From Candidatus Omnitrophota bacterium (GTDB lineage: Bacteria > Omnitrophota > Gorgyraeia > Zapsychrales > JANLHA01): a DNA stretch of 64,000 bases. The stretch lies in assembly GCA_029560465.1 (NCBI GenBank), contig JAKQKX010000102.1, positions 4,601 through 68,600 of the forward strand, read 5' to 3'. Numbering within the stretch: position 1 is the first letter of the stretch; each line of letters starts with the position of its first letter. The translations under genes were made by a program, and so were the position numbers. Shown here piece after piece: positions 1-8,315 of the stretch. The notes under the pieces are model-generated. The model was not told the origin of the DNA. It saw nothing but the letters and a program-made list of their open reading frames with translations, and made no database searches.

Positions 1-40
1 TGAAGATAATCAGAAAAACGTTTTCCCTTTTCACAGAACA

Positions 41-94
41 AAGGGACAGGCCATCCTCTTATGGGTTAAAAGCCATAAGCGCCGCCTGTCCCTT
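41..94. repeat. Nested inverted repeat / long hairpin downstream of the recO operon
   Basis: AAGGGACAGGC (41-51) pairs with GCCTGTCCCTT (84-94); the inner CTTATGG (58-64) pairs with CCATAAG (73-79). Confidence 0.7.
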
Positions 95-133
95 GAAACA
101 TCCTTGACCGTCCCCGAAAGAGCCGGGCCGGAA

Positions 134-820
134 TTATTCCACGACCGCGGGCGCTTTGCGCACGTTACGGATGCGCAACGCCTGGAGTGTCAGCCGCCCG
201 TCCTGGTTTTCCACCGCCACGTCCACACCCAGCAAATCGCCGCTGTCCGCGTCCTTGAATTCCCCCCGGCAGTTGTAAAAAATCCCCATCCGCCGCACTT
301 CCGCTTTCAGTTCAGTCAAGAGCAGGTTGCGCATCTTGGCCGCGTCCTCGTCAAACAGCATGATTTTGCCGTCACTGAACTGCCCCTGTTTCTCCAGGGC
401 CTTGAGCATGAACTCCCGGATTTCGTCGTCACTGTAAACCTTGTCCTTCAAAGACTCGTCCTTCTCGATCGCTTTAACAGATTTAATTTTAATCTCCCTG
501 GCTTTATAACCGTCGCCTTCGGCGGCCAGGACCACTTCGAGCGTCACGATATCGCCGTTGTTCATGTCCCGGTAATCCGCCAGGACCATGTACGCGCCGT
601 CCGCCCCGCTCACGTTGTCAGAAACGTTGATCCTCTGCAGGTTCCGGACCGCCTTAATGTCCGCATCATACATGTCCAGGGTCCCGCTCTGGATCGTCTT
701 CTCTCTTAACGCCGCCTGGGCCGCGTCCAAAACCGCGGCGTTATCAGCGGCGGGCAGGCGGCCGGCCATGGCCAGGACAAACGCCGCGCTCACGCAACAC
801 GCTATCAATTTCTTCATCAT
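134..820 (-). CDS. Secreted hypothetical protein with an internal tandem domain duplication
   Basis: Signal peptide MKKLIACCVSAAFVLAMA; SD AAGGAG upstream; two similar ~85-aa halves. Confidence 0.8.
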   Translation of the reverse strand: MMKKLIACCVSAAFVLAMAGRLPAADNAAVLDAAQAALREKTIQSGTLDMYDADIKAVRNLQRINVSDNVSGADGAYMVLADYRDMNNGDIVTLEVVLAAEGDGYKAREIKIKSVKAIEKDESLKDKVYSDDEIREFMLKALEKQGQFSDGKIMLFDEDAAKMRNLLLTELKAEVRRMGIFYNCRGEFKDADSGDLLGVDVAVENQDGRLTLQALRIRNVRKAPAVVE

Positions 821-827
821 GTCTCCT

Positions 828-1577
828 TTACACAGACTGGGTTGTTAAAACGTATTTAGCGGATCTGATCTTTTTCCCCAGATGAAAGACCAGAAACATG
901 TTGAGGATATATTTTAACTCTTTTTGCACGATTGGGGAATACTTTAATCGCAGGCACCCCTCCCAGGCGCTGTTCTCCACGTGAAGGATCGACGCCACGG
1001 TCCCCTGGGAAATCATCCGTGCGTTGGGGTCAGGCGATGAGCACTGCGGGCAAATCAGCCCGCCTTCCAGAGGGCTGAACTTGACACGGCCGGAAATAGT
1101 CCGGCGGCATTTCAAACAGGCGTCCAGGTGAGGCCGGAAGCCCGAAAACGACAGCAGCTTGATCTGGAACACGTACACCAGCTGGTTGACATCCTCCGCC
1201 GTCTCGAGGGCCAGGAGGAAATCCCGCATCAGCCGGTAAATGTCGGGGTTAGGGGACTCAACCGGCATCACGACCGCGACGAGCTCCAGGATATAATTCG
1301 CCGCCAGGGATTTCTTGAGGTCCTCTCGGATGCCGGGGAAATAATGGCTCAAGTCGCACTGGCTCACCAGATGCAGGTCGGAATTGCGGTACTGATAATA
1401 CACGATATCGTTAATGGAAAACTTTTCCACGCTGGACCCGAACTTCTTATAATCCTTGCGGATCCCTTTCAGCACGCCGCTGACCTTGCCTTCGTCTTCC
1501 GTGAAAAAAGTCGCGATGCGGCTCGTTTCCCGGAAATCAAAAGATTTCAGCACAATCGCTTTTGTTTTAATAATCAT
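828..1577 (-). CDS. recO: DNA repair protein RecO
   Basis: N-terminal OB-fold (KAIVLK..DFRETSRI..FT...GKV); GFRPHL..C..C zinc finger; follows ybeY. Start trimmed to MIIKTK. Confidence 0.95.
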   Translation of the reverse strand: MIIKTKAIVLKSFDFRETSRIATFFTEDEGKVSGVLKGIRKDYKKFGSSVEKFSINDIVYYQYRNSDLHLVSQCDLSHYFPGIREDLKKSLAANYILELVAVVMPVESPNPDIYRLMRDFLLALETAEDVNQLVYVFQIKLLSFSGFRPHLDACLKCRRTISGRVKFSPLEGGLICPQCSSPDPNARMISQGTVASILHVENSAWEGCLRLKYSPIVQKELKYILNMFLVFHLGKKIRSAKYVLTTQSV

Positions 1578-1606
1578 AAAGCCCCGTCCGCCACCCAAGC
1601 CGCGCG

Positions 1607-2089
1607 TCAGGCCGGCAGAAGCCGTTGTTTTTCCAGAAGCGCCATGACCTCCCGCTCTCTCGCCCTCATCTTTTTGACATCCGTTTCACCGTGATCATCA
1701 TACCCGCACAGGTGAAGGATCCCGTGCACGACGTATAAAATTGCTTCCCGGGCCGGCGTTGAATGATACGCCTTCGCCTGCCGGGCCGCAGTCATCGCCG
1801 ACACGATAATTTCGCCCTCCAGCCGTTTCCCCCGCGAGGCGGCCGCGCCCCGTTTCCGCGGGGCCTCCACCGGTTCCCGCAGGTCAAAAGCCAGTACGTC
1901 CGTCGGGCGGTCGTGCTTAAGATACCGTTTGTTCAGGGCTTTAATCTGGCTGTCGGTCACAAAGACAACCGAGAGTTCCGCCCGGGTCACGCCCTCCGCT
2001 TTAAGCACCGTCCGGATCAGGCGTAGGAGCAGATGGAGAGGCAGGAGAACTTTTTTCTGCTGATTTCTGATTTCGACTATCGTTGCCAT
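1607..2089 (-). CDS. ybeY: rRNA maturation RNase YbeY
   Basis: TDVLAF, GEII and HGILHLCGYDD motifs. Confidence 0.95.
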   Translation of the reverse strand: MATIVEIRNQQKKVLLPLHLLLRLIRTVLKAEGVTRAELSVVFVTDSQIKALNKRYLKHDRPTDVLAFDLREPVEAPRKRGAAASRGKRLEGEIIVSAMTAARQAKAYHSTPAREAILYVVHGILHLCGYDDHGETDVKKMRAREREVMALLEKQRLLPA

Positions 2090-3485
2090 TCTTTTTATCC
2101 GGGTACCTGACCCGGCTGTGGTACATCGCGCTCAAACCCCGGGTGAAGGCGAGGGCGATCAACTCAATTTCTTTAAGGGTCAAATCGCATTCGTCCAGCT
2201 GCCCGTCAATAAATTTATTGTTAATGATCTTGCGCACCGTCTCTTCAATCTTCTTCGGCGTGGGGTCTTCCACCGCCCGGGTGGCCGCTTCCGTCGAGTC
2301 GGCCAGAAGCACAATCGCCGTTTCCTTGGTCTGCGGCTTCGGGCCGGGGTAGCGGAAGGTGTCTTCCTTGACGGAATCCCGGCCTCCCGCGTCTTCCAGG
2401 GCGCGCTGATAAAAAAAGTACATGAGCCCGGTCCCGTGATGCTGCACGATAAAATCATGGATCTTGGGGTTCAGCTTATATTTCCGGGCCAGCTCCTGAC
2501 CTTCCTTGACGTGGTTCAGGATCACCAGTCGGCTGATGTTCGCCTCCAGCACGTCGTGCTTGTTCTCTCCCCCCCCCAGCTGATTTTCGGTAAAATATTC
2601 CGGCTTGAGCATTTTCCCGACATCGTGATAATACGCGCCGACCCGTGTCAAAAGCGCGTTGGCGCCGACCGCCTCGGCCGCGGCCTCGGCGATATTGCTC
2701 ACCACGAGGCTATGATGGTACGTGCCCGGAGCTTCCAGAATCAGGCGCTTTAACAGCGGCTGGTTAAAATCAGCCAGCTCCAGCAGGCTGAAATTGGTCA
2801 AGACCCCAAACCAGGTTTCAAATACTTTAAGCGTGGCCATCACCACAAAAGATGAGATCACACCGTTCAAAGCCAGGGGCCGGATGTATTTCAGAGCAAA
2901 GTCCGAGCTGACCAAAAGGTCGGTTTCGTGATGAAAAATCAAAAACGCAATAACCTGAATAATCCCCACGTAAAGACCCGAAGCCATGACGTGCCCGCGG
3001 GTGCGGGCGCCTTTCACCGTGTACACCGCGCTTAGGTTCCCGAGGAAAAGGATCAGCATGATATCCATCCCGGTGAAAAGCTCTCTGGTGTTGACGGCAT
3101 ACGGGTTATTGGTCAGCAGCAGGCTCGTGATCACGCTCGACACAAAAGCCATCAGGAACGCCAATTCCGCGTCATTATACAAAAGGATGACTAGCATCGA
3201 AAAACCGGCCACCGGGATAAACAAGGGCTGGATCACCGTGTGTTGCATGATGTAATTCGTGCCGGCGACGTTTAAAGATAACAGCAGCCCCAGCTGCAAA
3301 AACAGCCGGAAATCCGCTTTCCTTAAAAAGAAAATATGGACGCCCAGAAAAAGCAGCAAAAGCGGGATAATGAGGGAAAAGCCCACCACCTGGCAAAACA
3401 AAATCAGGAGGAGCAGGGTGAAAAACACCAGGGCCGCATCTTTAAAAGAAATATGTGTCTGGATAAATTCTTTCATACTTATCAA
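2001..3485 (-). CDS. Membrane-bound HD phosphohydrolase (7TM-HD, PgpH/YqfF-like)
   Basis: Multiple TM helices, then LLELAD, APGTYHHS, YYHDVGK, HHGT, FRYPGPKP and LADSTEAA; lies between phoH and ybeY. Confidence 0.9.
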   Translation of the reverse strand: MISMKEFIQTHISFKDAALVFFTLLLLILFCQVVGFSLIIPLLLLFLGVHIFFLRKADFRLFLQLGLLLSLNVAGTNYIMQHTVIQPLFIPVAGFSMLVILLYNDAELAFLMAFVSSVITSLLLTNNPYAVNTRELFTGMDIMLILFLGNLSAVYTVKGARTRGHVMASGLYVGIIQVIAFLIFHHETDLLVSSDFALKYIRPLALNGVISSFVVMATLKVFETWFGVLTNFSLLELADFNQPLLKRLILEAPGTYHHSLVVSNIAEAAAEAVGANALLTRVGAYYHDVGKMLKPEYFTENQLGGGENKHDVLEANISRLVILNHVKEGQELARKYKLNPKIHDFIVQHHGTGLMYFFYQRALEDAGGRDSVKEDTFRYPGPKPQTKETAIVLLADSTEAATRAVEDPTPKKIEETVRKIINNKFIDGQLDECDLTLKEIELIALAFTRGLSAMYHSRVRYPDKKNGNDSRNQKSAEKSSPASPSAPTPDPDGA

Positions 3486-3504
3486 TCCCTAAAGCCGGGG
3501 AGAA

Positions 3505-4461
3505 TCAAGCGACGGCCCCGCTACGGCTGTACGCCTCGATAATCCTCTGCACCAATTCGTGGCGGACCACATCCGCGGAGGTCAGCTCGACGAATTTGAT
3601 CCCTTCGATCCCCTCCAAAATTTTGCGCGCGTGGACCAGGCCGATTTCCTTTCCCGGCGGCAGGTCGCTTTGCGTGATGTCCCCCGTGATCACGGTCTTG
3701 GAATCAAATCCCAGCCGGGTCAAAAACATTTTCATCTGGAAGGGCGTGCTGTTTTGGGCTTCGTCGAGGACAACGAACGCGTCGTTCAAGGTGCGGCCGC
3801 GCATAAACGCCAACGGCGCCACCTCGATAATCCCCTGTTCGGTGTATTGCTCCACTTTGGCGGGGTCCATCATGTCGTACAAGGCGTCATACAACGGGCG
3901 CAGATAAGGAAGGACTTTCTCGATCATGTCCCCGGGCAGGAAGCCGAGGCTCTCCCCGGCCTCGATCGCCGGGCGGGTCAGGATGATGCGGCGGACCAAC
4001 CCCTTCTTCAAAGCATTGACCGCCATGGCCATCGCCAGATAAGTTTTCCCAGTCCCCGCCGGGCCGACCCCGAAAACGATATCATAACGCTTGATCGCCT
4101 CGACGTACTCGATCTGGCCTTTGGTCTTGGGGGTGATCAAGCCCCCTTTGGTGGGGACTTCGATCTTCCCCTTGGAAAGGAGTTTGAGGTCCACGCCCTG
4201 TTCGGGCTTGCTTAACTGAAGGGCGTAGAAAATATCCCGTTTCTTCAGTTCCCGGCCGTCCGCGGCGATGCCGAGCAAGTAGTCCATAAGCTCGTGGACC
4301 TTCTGCACCTGGTCTTTCTTGCCGATCACCTTCAAGCCGCTGTCGTCCCGGACCAGGCGCACGTTCAGTTCATGCTCGATCAGCCGCAGGTTCTGATCAT
4401 ACTGGCCACAAAGGACCTGCATGTCCCGGATGCTGTTTAAATAGAAGATCTTTTCCATCAT
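3505..4461 (-). CDS. phoH: PhoH-family ATPase
   Basis: GPAGTGKT, LTRPAIEAGESLGFLPG, RGRTL, DEAQN and DVVRH motifs. Confidence 0.95.
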   Translation of the reverse strand: MMEKIFYLNSIRDMQVLCGQYDQNLRLIEHELNVRLVRDDSGLKVIGKKDQVQKVHELMDYLLGIAADGRELKKRDIFYALQLSKPEQGVDLKLLSKGKIEVPTKGGLITPKTKGQIEYVEAIKRYDIVFGVGPAGTGKTYLAMAMAVNALKKGLVRRIILTRPAIEAGESLGFLPGDMIEKVLPYLRPLYDALYDMMDPAKVEQYTEQGIIEVAPLAFMRGRTLNDAFVVLDEAQNSTPFQMKMFLTRLGFDSKTVITGDITQSDLPPGKEIGLVHARKILEGIEGIKFVELTSADVVRHELVQRIIEAYSRSGAVA

Positions 4462-5069
4462 TCAACAGGAATACGGATCGTCAACCCCGGCTTGATGCGG
4501 TTGGGATCCTTAATCTTGTCTTTGTTCGCTTCATAGATCTGCGGCCATTTCCGGTACGTGTCATAAAACTTCTTGGAGATCTTCTGCAGCGTGTCGTCCT
4601 TCTCTATCGTATATTCCGTGTAGCTGCCAGCGCGGGGCGCTTCCCGGCGAGGTTCCGGCTCTCTTCTTACCGGTTGTTCTTCGTCAAAATTCGGCAGCAC
4701 CACGGGCTCATATTTTTCTTCAACGGGCGGACGGCGCCGTTCCTGCCTGGGTGGCGGCGTGGAGGCCTGCGGGCGCGGCGGTGGCGGCGGCAGAAGAGGC
4801 TCGGCCATCTCTTCCGGCTCTTCCTCTTTTGTAAACTCTAAAACATGCATCTGCCGGGTCTTTTTATATTTGCTCCGGTCTTCCGGCACAGGGGTCCCAA
4901 AGATGTATCCGTAATTGCCCTCTTCCATGCTCTGGTCCACGCGTTCCTTCTCCATGACATACGCGCGCGTGCGGACCGAGCCCGTTCCGCTGCTAGCACA
5001 CCCGGCCAGGAACAGCACGACAATAAGAATACTTAGCCCATGATTTAATTTCTTGAACATTATGTCCAC
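4458..5069 (-). CDS. LysM-domain lipoprotein with a Pro/Glu-rich linker
   Basis: Lipobox LAGC; C-terminal LysM (YTIEKDDTLQKISKKFY...IYEAN..PNRIKPG); ATGA overlap with phoH. Confidence 0.9.
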   Translation of the reverse strand: MDIMFKKLNHGLSILIVVLFLAGCASSGTGSVRTRAYVMEKERVDQSMEEGNYGYIFGTPVPEDRSKYKKTRQMHVLEFTKEEEPEEMAEPLLPPPPPRPQASTPPPRQERRRPPVEEKYEPVVLPNFDEEQPVRREPEPRREAPRAGSYTEYTIEKDDTLQKISKKFYDTYRKWPQIYEANKDKIKDPNRIKPGLTIRIPVE

Positions 5070-5098
5070 CTCCTGGGTTTAACCTTTAAATGTTTGAA

Positions 5099-6496
5099 TT
5101 AGCGGTCTTGGTTAAGAGTCATAATGCTTAATTCAGCCAACTGACGTTTATCGACACTGGATGGGGCATCTGTGACCAGGCACGTGCCTTTCTGCGTTTT
5201 AGGGAAAGCAATGGTATCCCGGATGGAATCGAGCCCGGCCAAAAGGCTGACCAGCCTGTCGATGCCGTACGCGACTCCAGCATGGGGCGGCGCCCCGTAT
5301 TCAAATGCGCGCAACAGGAACCCGAAACGGTCCTCAATCTCCTCCGGCTGCAATCCAAGAATATCAAAAACTTTTTTCTGTATTTCCCGGCGGTGAATAC
5401 GCACCGAACCGCTTCCGATTTCGTTGCCGTTCAACACCAGGTCATAGGACATTGCCCTTATTTTATCATACTCATTGGTTTCAAGATAGCATAAGTCTTC
5501 TTCTTTCATGGAAGTAAACGGGTGGTGCTCGCTCTCCCAGCGCTGTTCCTCATCATTATATTTAAACATCGGGAAATCCACAACCCAAAGAAAAGCAAAT
5601 TCATCTTTCTCTTTATTTTTGCGGATGTCCGGCTTGTCCGACTGGTAAAGCCGCTTCGCCTCCGCGTGCGTCATGCGCGGAAACGGGACAGGCAGGTCGA
5701 GCCCCTTCACTTCCTTAAAAATATGACGGAACAACTCCTCGGTGATCGAAAAAATGTCTTCCGCGGTGACAAAAGACATTTCCATATCCAACTGGGTGAA
5801 TTCCAGCTGACGGTCGGCCCTGAGGTCTTCATCCCGGAAACATTTCACGATCTGGTAATACCGGTCGATCCCCGACACCATCAGCATCTGCTTAAACAGC
5901 TGGGGAGACTGCGGCAACGCGTAAAAATGTCCGGGGTTCAAACGGGCCGGGACCAAAAAATCCCTCGCCCCCTCCGGCGTCGACTTGGTCAAAACCGGCG
6001 TTTCCACATCCATAAAATCTTTGCCATGCAAAAAACTCCGAATGGCCACGCACAGGTTGTCCCTTAGTTTGAGGGCCTCCCTCAATTTGGGCCGGCGGAT
6101 ATCCAAATAACGGTAAGTCAGCCGAAGCTCTTCCGCGACGTCCGTCTGGTCATCGATTTCAAAGACCGGAATCTTGCTGGCGTTGAGGATCACGAGGTCT
6201 TCCGCGCACATTTCAATCCCGCCCGTCGGGATATCCGGGTTCACGTTTTTCGGCGGGCGCACGCCCACCTTCCCGGTGATCTGGATGACATATTCCGGCC
6301 CCAACTGCTGAGCCCGCTCGTGAGCCTGCGGGCTCACAGAGGGGACAAAAACAACTTGCGTGATCCCGTAACGGTCCCGGATATCAATAAAAATCAACTT
6401 CCCGTGATCGCGCCTCCGGTGCACCCATCCGCATAACGTCACGGTCTGATCCTTATGCTCTTTCCTTAACTCTCCGCACGTATGTGTTCTTAACAT
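5099..6496 (-). CDS. aspS: Aspartate--tRNA ligase, bacterial type, lacking the GAD insertion domain
   Basis: MLRTHTCGELR, RRRDHG, STPEGARDFLVP, LPQSPQLFKQ, FRDEDLRADRQ and GAPPHAG motifs; 465 aa. Confidence 0.97.
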   Translation of the reverse strand: MLRTHTCGELRKEHKDQTVTLCGWVHRRRDHGKLIFIDIRDRYGITQVVFVPSVSPQAHERAQQLGPEYVIQITGKVGVRPPKNVNPDIPTGGIEMCAEDLVILNASKIPVFEIDDQTDVAEELRLTYRYLDIRRPKLREALKLRDNLCVAIRSFLHGKDFMDVETPVLTKSTPEGARDFLVPARLNPGHFYALPQSPQLFKQMLMVSGIDRYYQIVKCFRDEDLRADRQLEFTQLDMEMSFVTAEDIFSITEELFRHIFKEVKGLDLPVPFPRMTHAEAKRLYQSDKPDIRKNKEKDEFAFLWVVDFPMFKYNDEEQRWESEHHPFTSMKEEDLCYLETNEYDKIRAMSYDLVLNGNEIGSGSVRIHRREIQKKVFDILGLQPEEIEDRFGFLLRAFEYGAPPHAGVAYGIDRLVSLLAGLDSIRDTIAFPKTQKGTCLVTDAPSSVDKRQLAELSIMTLNQDR

Positions 6497-6516
6497 GATG
6501 GCTTCGCTGCCTTTCT

Positions 6517-7809
6517 TTAAGATAGTGCTCGGCGGACAACCTCCACGAGCTCTGAACTCGGGACGTCCTTCTGATCCCCCTGCGCCATGTCCTTGAGCGT
6601 CACAACGCCCCGTTGCCGTTCTTCTTCCCCAAAAATCAAAACCAGCCTCGCCCCGCTTTTTCCCGCCTGCCGCATCTGGCTCTTCATGGACGCCGGGCGG
6701 TACCCCATATCACAAGAGATCCCTGCCCCGCGCAAAGCGTGAAGAAACCGGAAGCCTTCTTCACAAGAGTTTTGGCCCAAGGCGATCATGTACACGTCCA
6801 TATTTTGCGGGGACGCCGGGGTTTTCTGTTCCGGCATCGCCAGCAGAAGCCTCTCGATCCCTAAGGCAAAGCCCATCGCGTCGACATCAACGCCTCCGAG
6901 CTCTTGAACAAGGGTGTTGTAACGCCCGCCGGCCCCAAGAGCGTCCTGGCTGCCCAAAGACGGGTCGGAAATTTCGAAAACCGTGTGCGTGTAATAATCC
7001 AGGCCCCTGACCATGGCCGGCGCGTGCACATAACGGACACCCAGACCGTCCAGGATACGGCAGACCTCCTGGAAGTACAGTCGGCTGGCGGGGGACAAAT
7101 GCGCGTCGCTGATATTAAGACGCTGAACAATGTTCTTGCAGCTTTTGTTCTTGCAGTCCAGGATGCGGAACACGTTCCGTTCATAACGGCTCCGGCAATC
7201 GTCACATAAAGTATCCAGAAAAGGTTGAAGCCCCGTCCGCAACGTCTCGGAAAAAGCTGCTTTGTCCTCCCGTGTCCCCAAAGAATTGATCTTCAGCTGA
7301 AAATCTTTTAACCCAAGGCGTTCCAGGATACGAACGCTAAGCGAAATCATCTCCGCGTCCAGATACGGGGAGCCGGATTGCGGGCCCATGGCCTCCACCC
7401 CAATCTGATGAAACTGCCGAAGACGGCCTTTTTGCGGCCTTTCGCCACGGAACATGGGGCCTATATAATATAATTTAGAAAGGGGTTCCACTTTATCAAA
7501 ATTATTTTCTATATAAGCCCTGGCAACAGCGGCCGTTCCTTCCGGGCGCAATGCCAGTCCGCTTAAAGCGATGCTTTCGTTCTCCCCTCCCTGGGCAGCT
7601 AACTGAAGCATCTGCTTCTGCACCACATCCGTAGTCGCCCCGATCGACCGGATAAAAAGCCCGGTTTCTTCAAAAACCGGTGTCCGTATTTCTTTATATC
7701 CGTATATGTGAAGGGTCTTTCTGACAACTATTTCCAGCGATTGCCAGATTCCTGTGTCAGCCGGCAGGATATCGGAGGTGCCTCTTGGAACAAAAAATTT
7801 CTTAACCAT
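6517..7809 (-). CDS. hisS: Histidine--tRNA ligase
   Basis: PRGTSD, LRPEGTA, MFRGERPQKGRLRQFHQ, RGLDYY and GGRY motifs. Confidence 0.97.
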   Translation of the reverse strand: MVKKFFVPRGTSDILPADTGIWQSLEIVVRKTLHIYGYKEIRTPVFEETGLFIRSIGATTDVVQKQMLQLAAQGGENESIALSGLALRPEGTAAVARAYIENNFDKVEPLSKLYYIGPMFRGERPQKGRLRQFHQIGVEAMGPQSGSPYLDAEMISLSVRILERLGLKDFQLKINSLGTREDKAAFSETLRTGLQPFLDTLCDDCRSRYERNVFRILDCKNKSCKNIVQRLNISDAHLSPASRLYFQEVCRILDGLGVRYVHAPAMVRGLDYYTHTVFEISDPSLGSQDALGAGGRYNTLVQELGGVDVDAMGFALGIERLLLAMPEQKTPASPQNMDVYMIALGQNSCEEGFRFLHALRGAGISCDMGYRPASMKSQMRQAGKSGARLVLIFGEEERQRGVVTLKDMAQGDQKDVPSSELVEVVRRALS

Positions 7810-7826
7810 AAGGTACTATTAATCTT

Positions 7827-7858
7827 AAAGGCGGAGGATATACAACCCTCCGCCCTTT
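7827..7858 (-). terminator. GC-rich hairpin, probable terminator after the HU/IHF gene
   Basis: GGCGGAGG (7830-7837) pairs with CCTCCGCC (7847-7854), followed by only TTT on the minus strand. Confidence 0.5.
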
Positions 7859-7931
7859 AGATATGACTAAATATTATCTAAAGCGGCGCTTATAAATATA
7901 AGCGGCCAGATACTATGAATGCAAAAGGAAA

Positions 7932-8204
7932 CTACTTGATCCTCTGTTTCATCTCGAGGCCAGGTTTGAAAACTACGACTTTTCTCGGGGGAACGGGCAC
8001 GCTGTCCCCTGTGCGGGGATTGCGTCCAAAACGGGCCTTGCGTTCCTTCACCTTGAACACGCCGAAGTTACGTAATTCAACCTTCTCATTACGAACCAGG
8101 CTCTCAACGATCACATCGAAAGTCTTTTGGACGATCGTTTTGACATCCACCTGTTTGATCCCGGTCATGTCGGTTATTTTTAAAACGATATCCTTTTTGG
8201 TCAT
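7932..8204 (-). CDS. HU/IHF-family DNA-binding protein
   Basis: MTKKDIV, VELRNFGVF, GRNPRTG and VVFKPG; SD TAGGAGGTG. Confidence 0.95.
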   Translation of the reverse strand: MTKKDIVLKITDMTGIKQVDVKTIVQKTFDVIVESLVRNEKVELRNFGVFKVKERKARFGRNPRTGDSVPVPPRKVVVFKPGLEMKQRIK

Positions 8205-8228
8205 TTAGTTCACCTCCTAATCCTAAGT

Positions 8229-8257
8229 ATAGTACCAACATGAAGTTAGGATGTCAA
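8229..8257 (-). promoter_or_regulatory. Sigma70 promoter of the HU/IHF gene
   Basis: TTGACA-17 bp-TACTAT on the minus strand. Confidence 0.75.
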
Positions 8258-8315
8258 GCACATTTTGCGCAGTAATTTTTATTAATATTAATAAATAAAT
8301 TTTAAAAATTACCAG

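Noticed and set aside
7810-7931. T-box riboswitch upstream of hisS-aspS
   Set aside because: There is no GGTGGNACC T-box sequence, and the region is too short for stem I.
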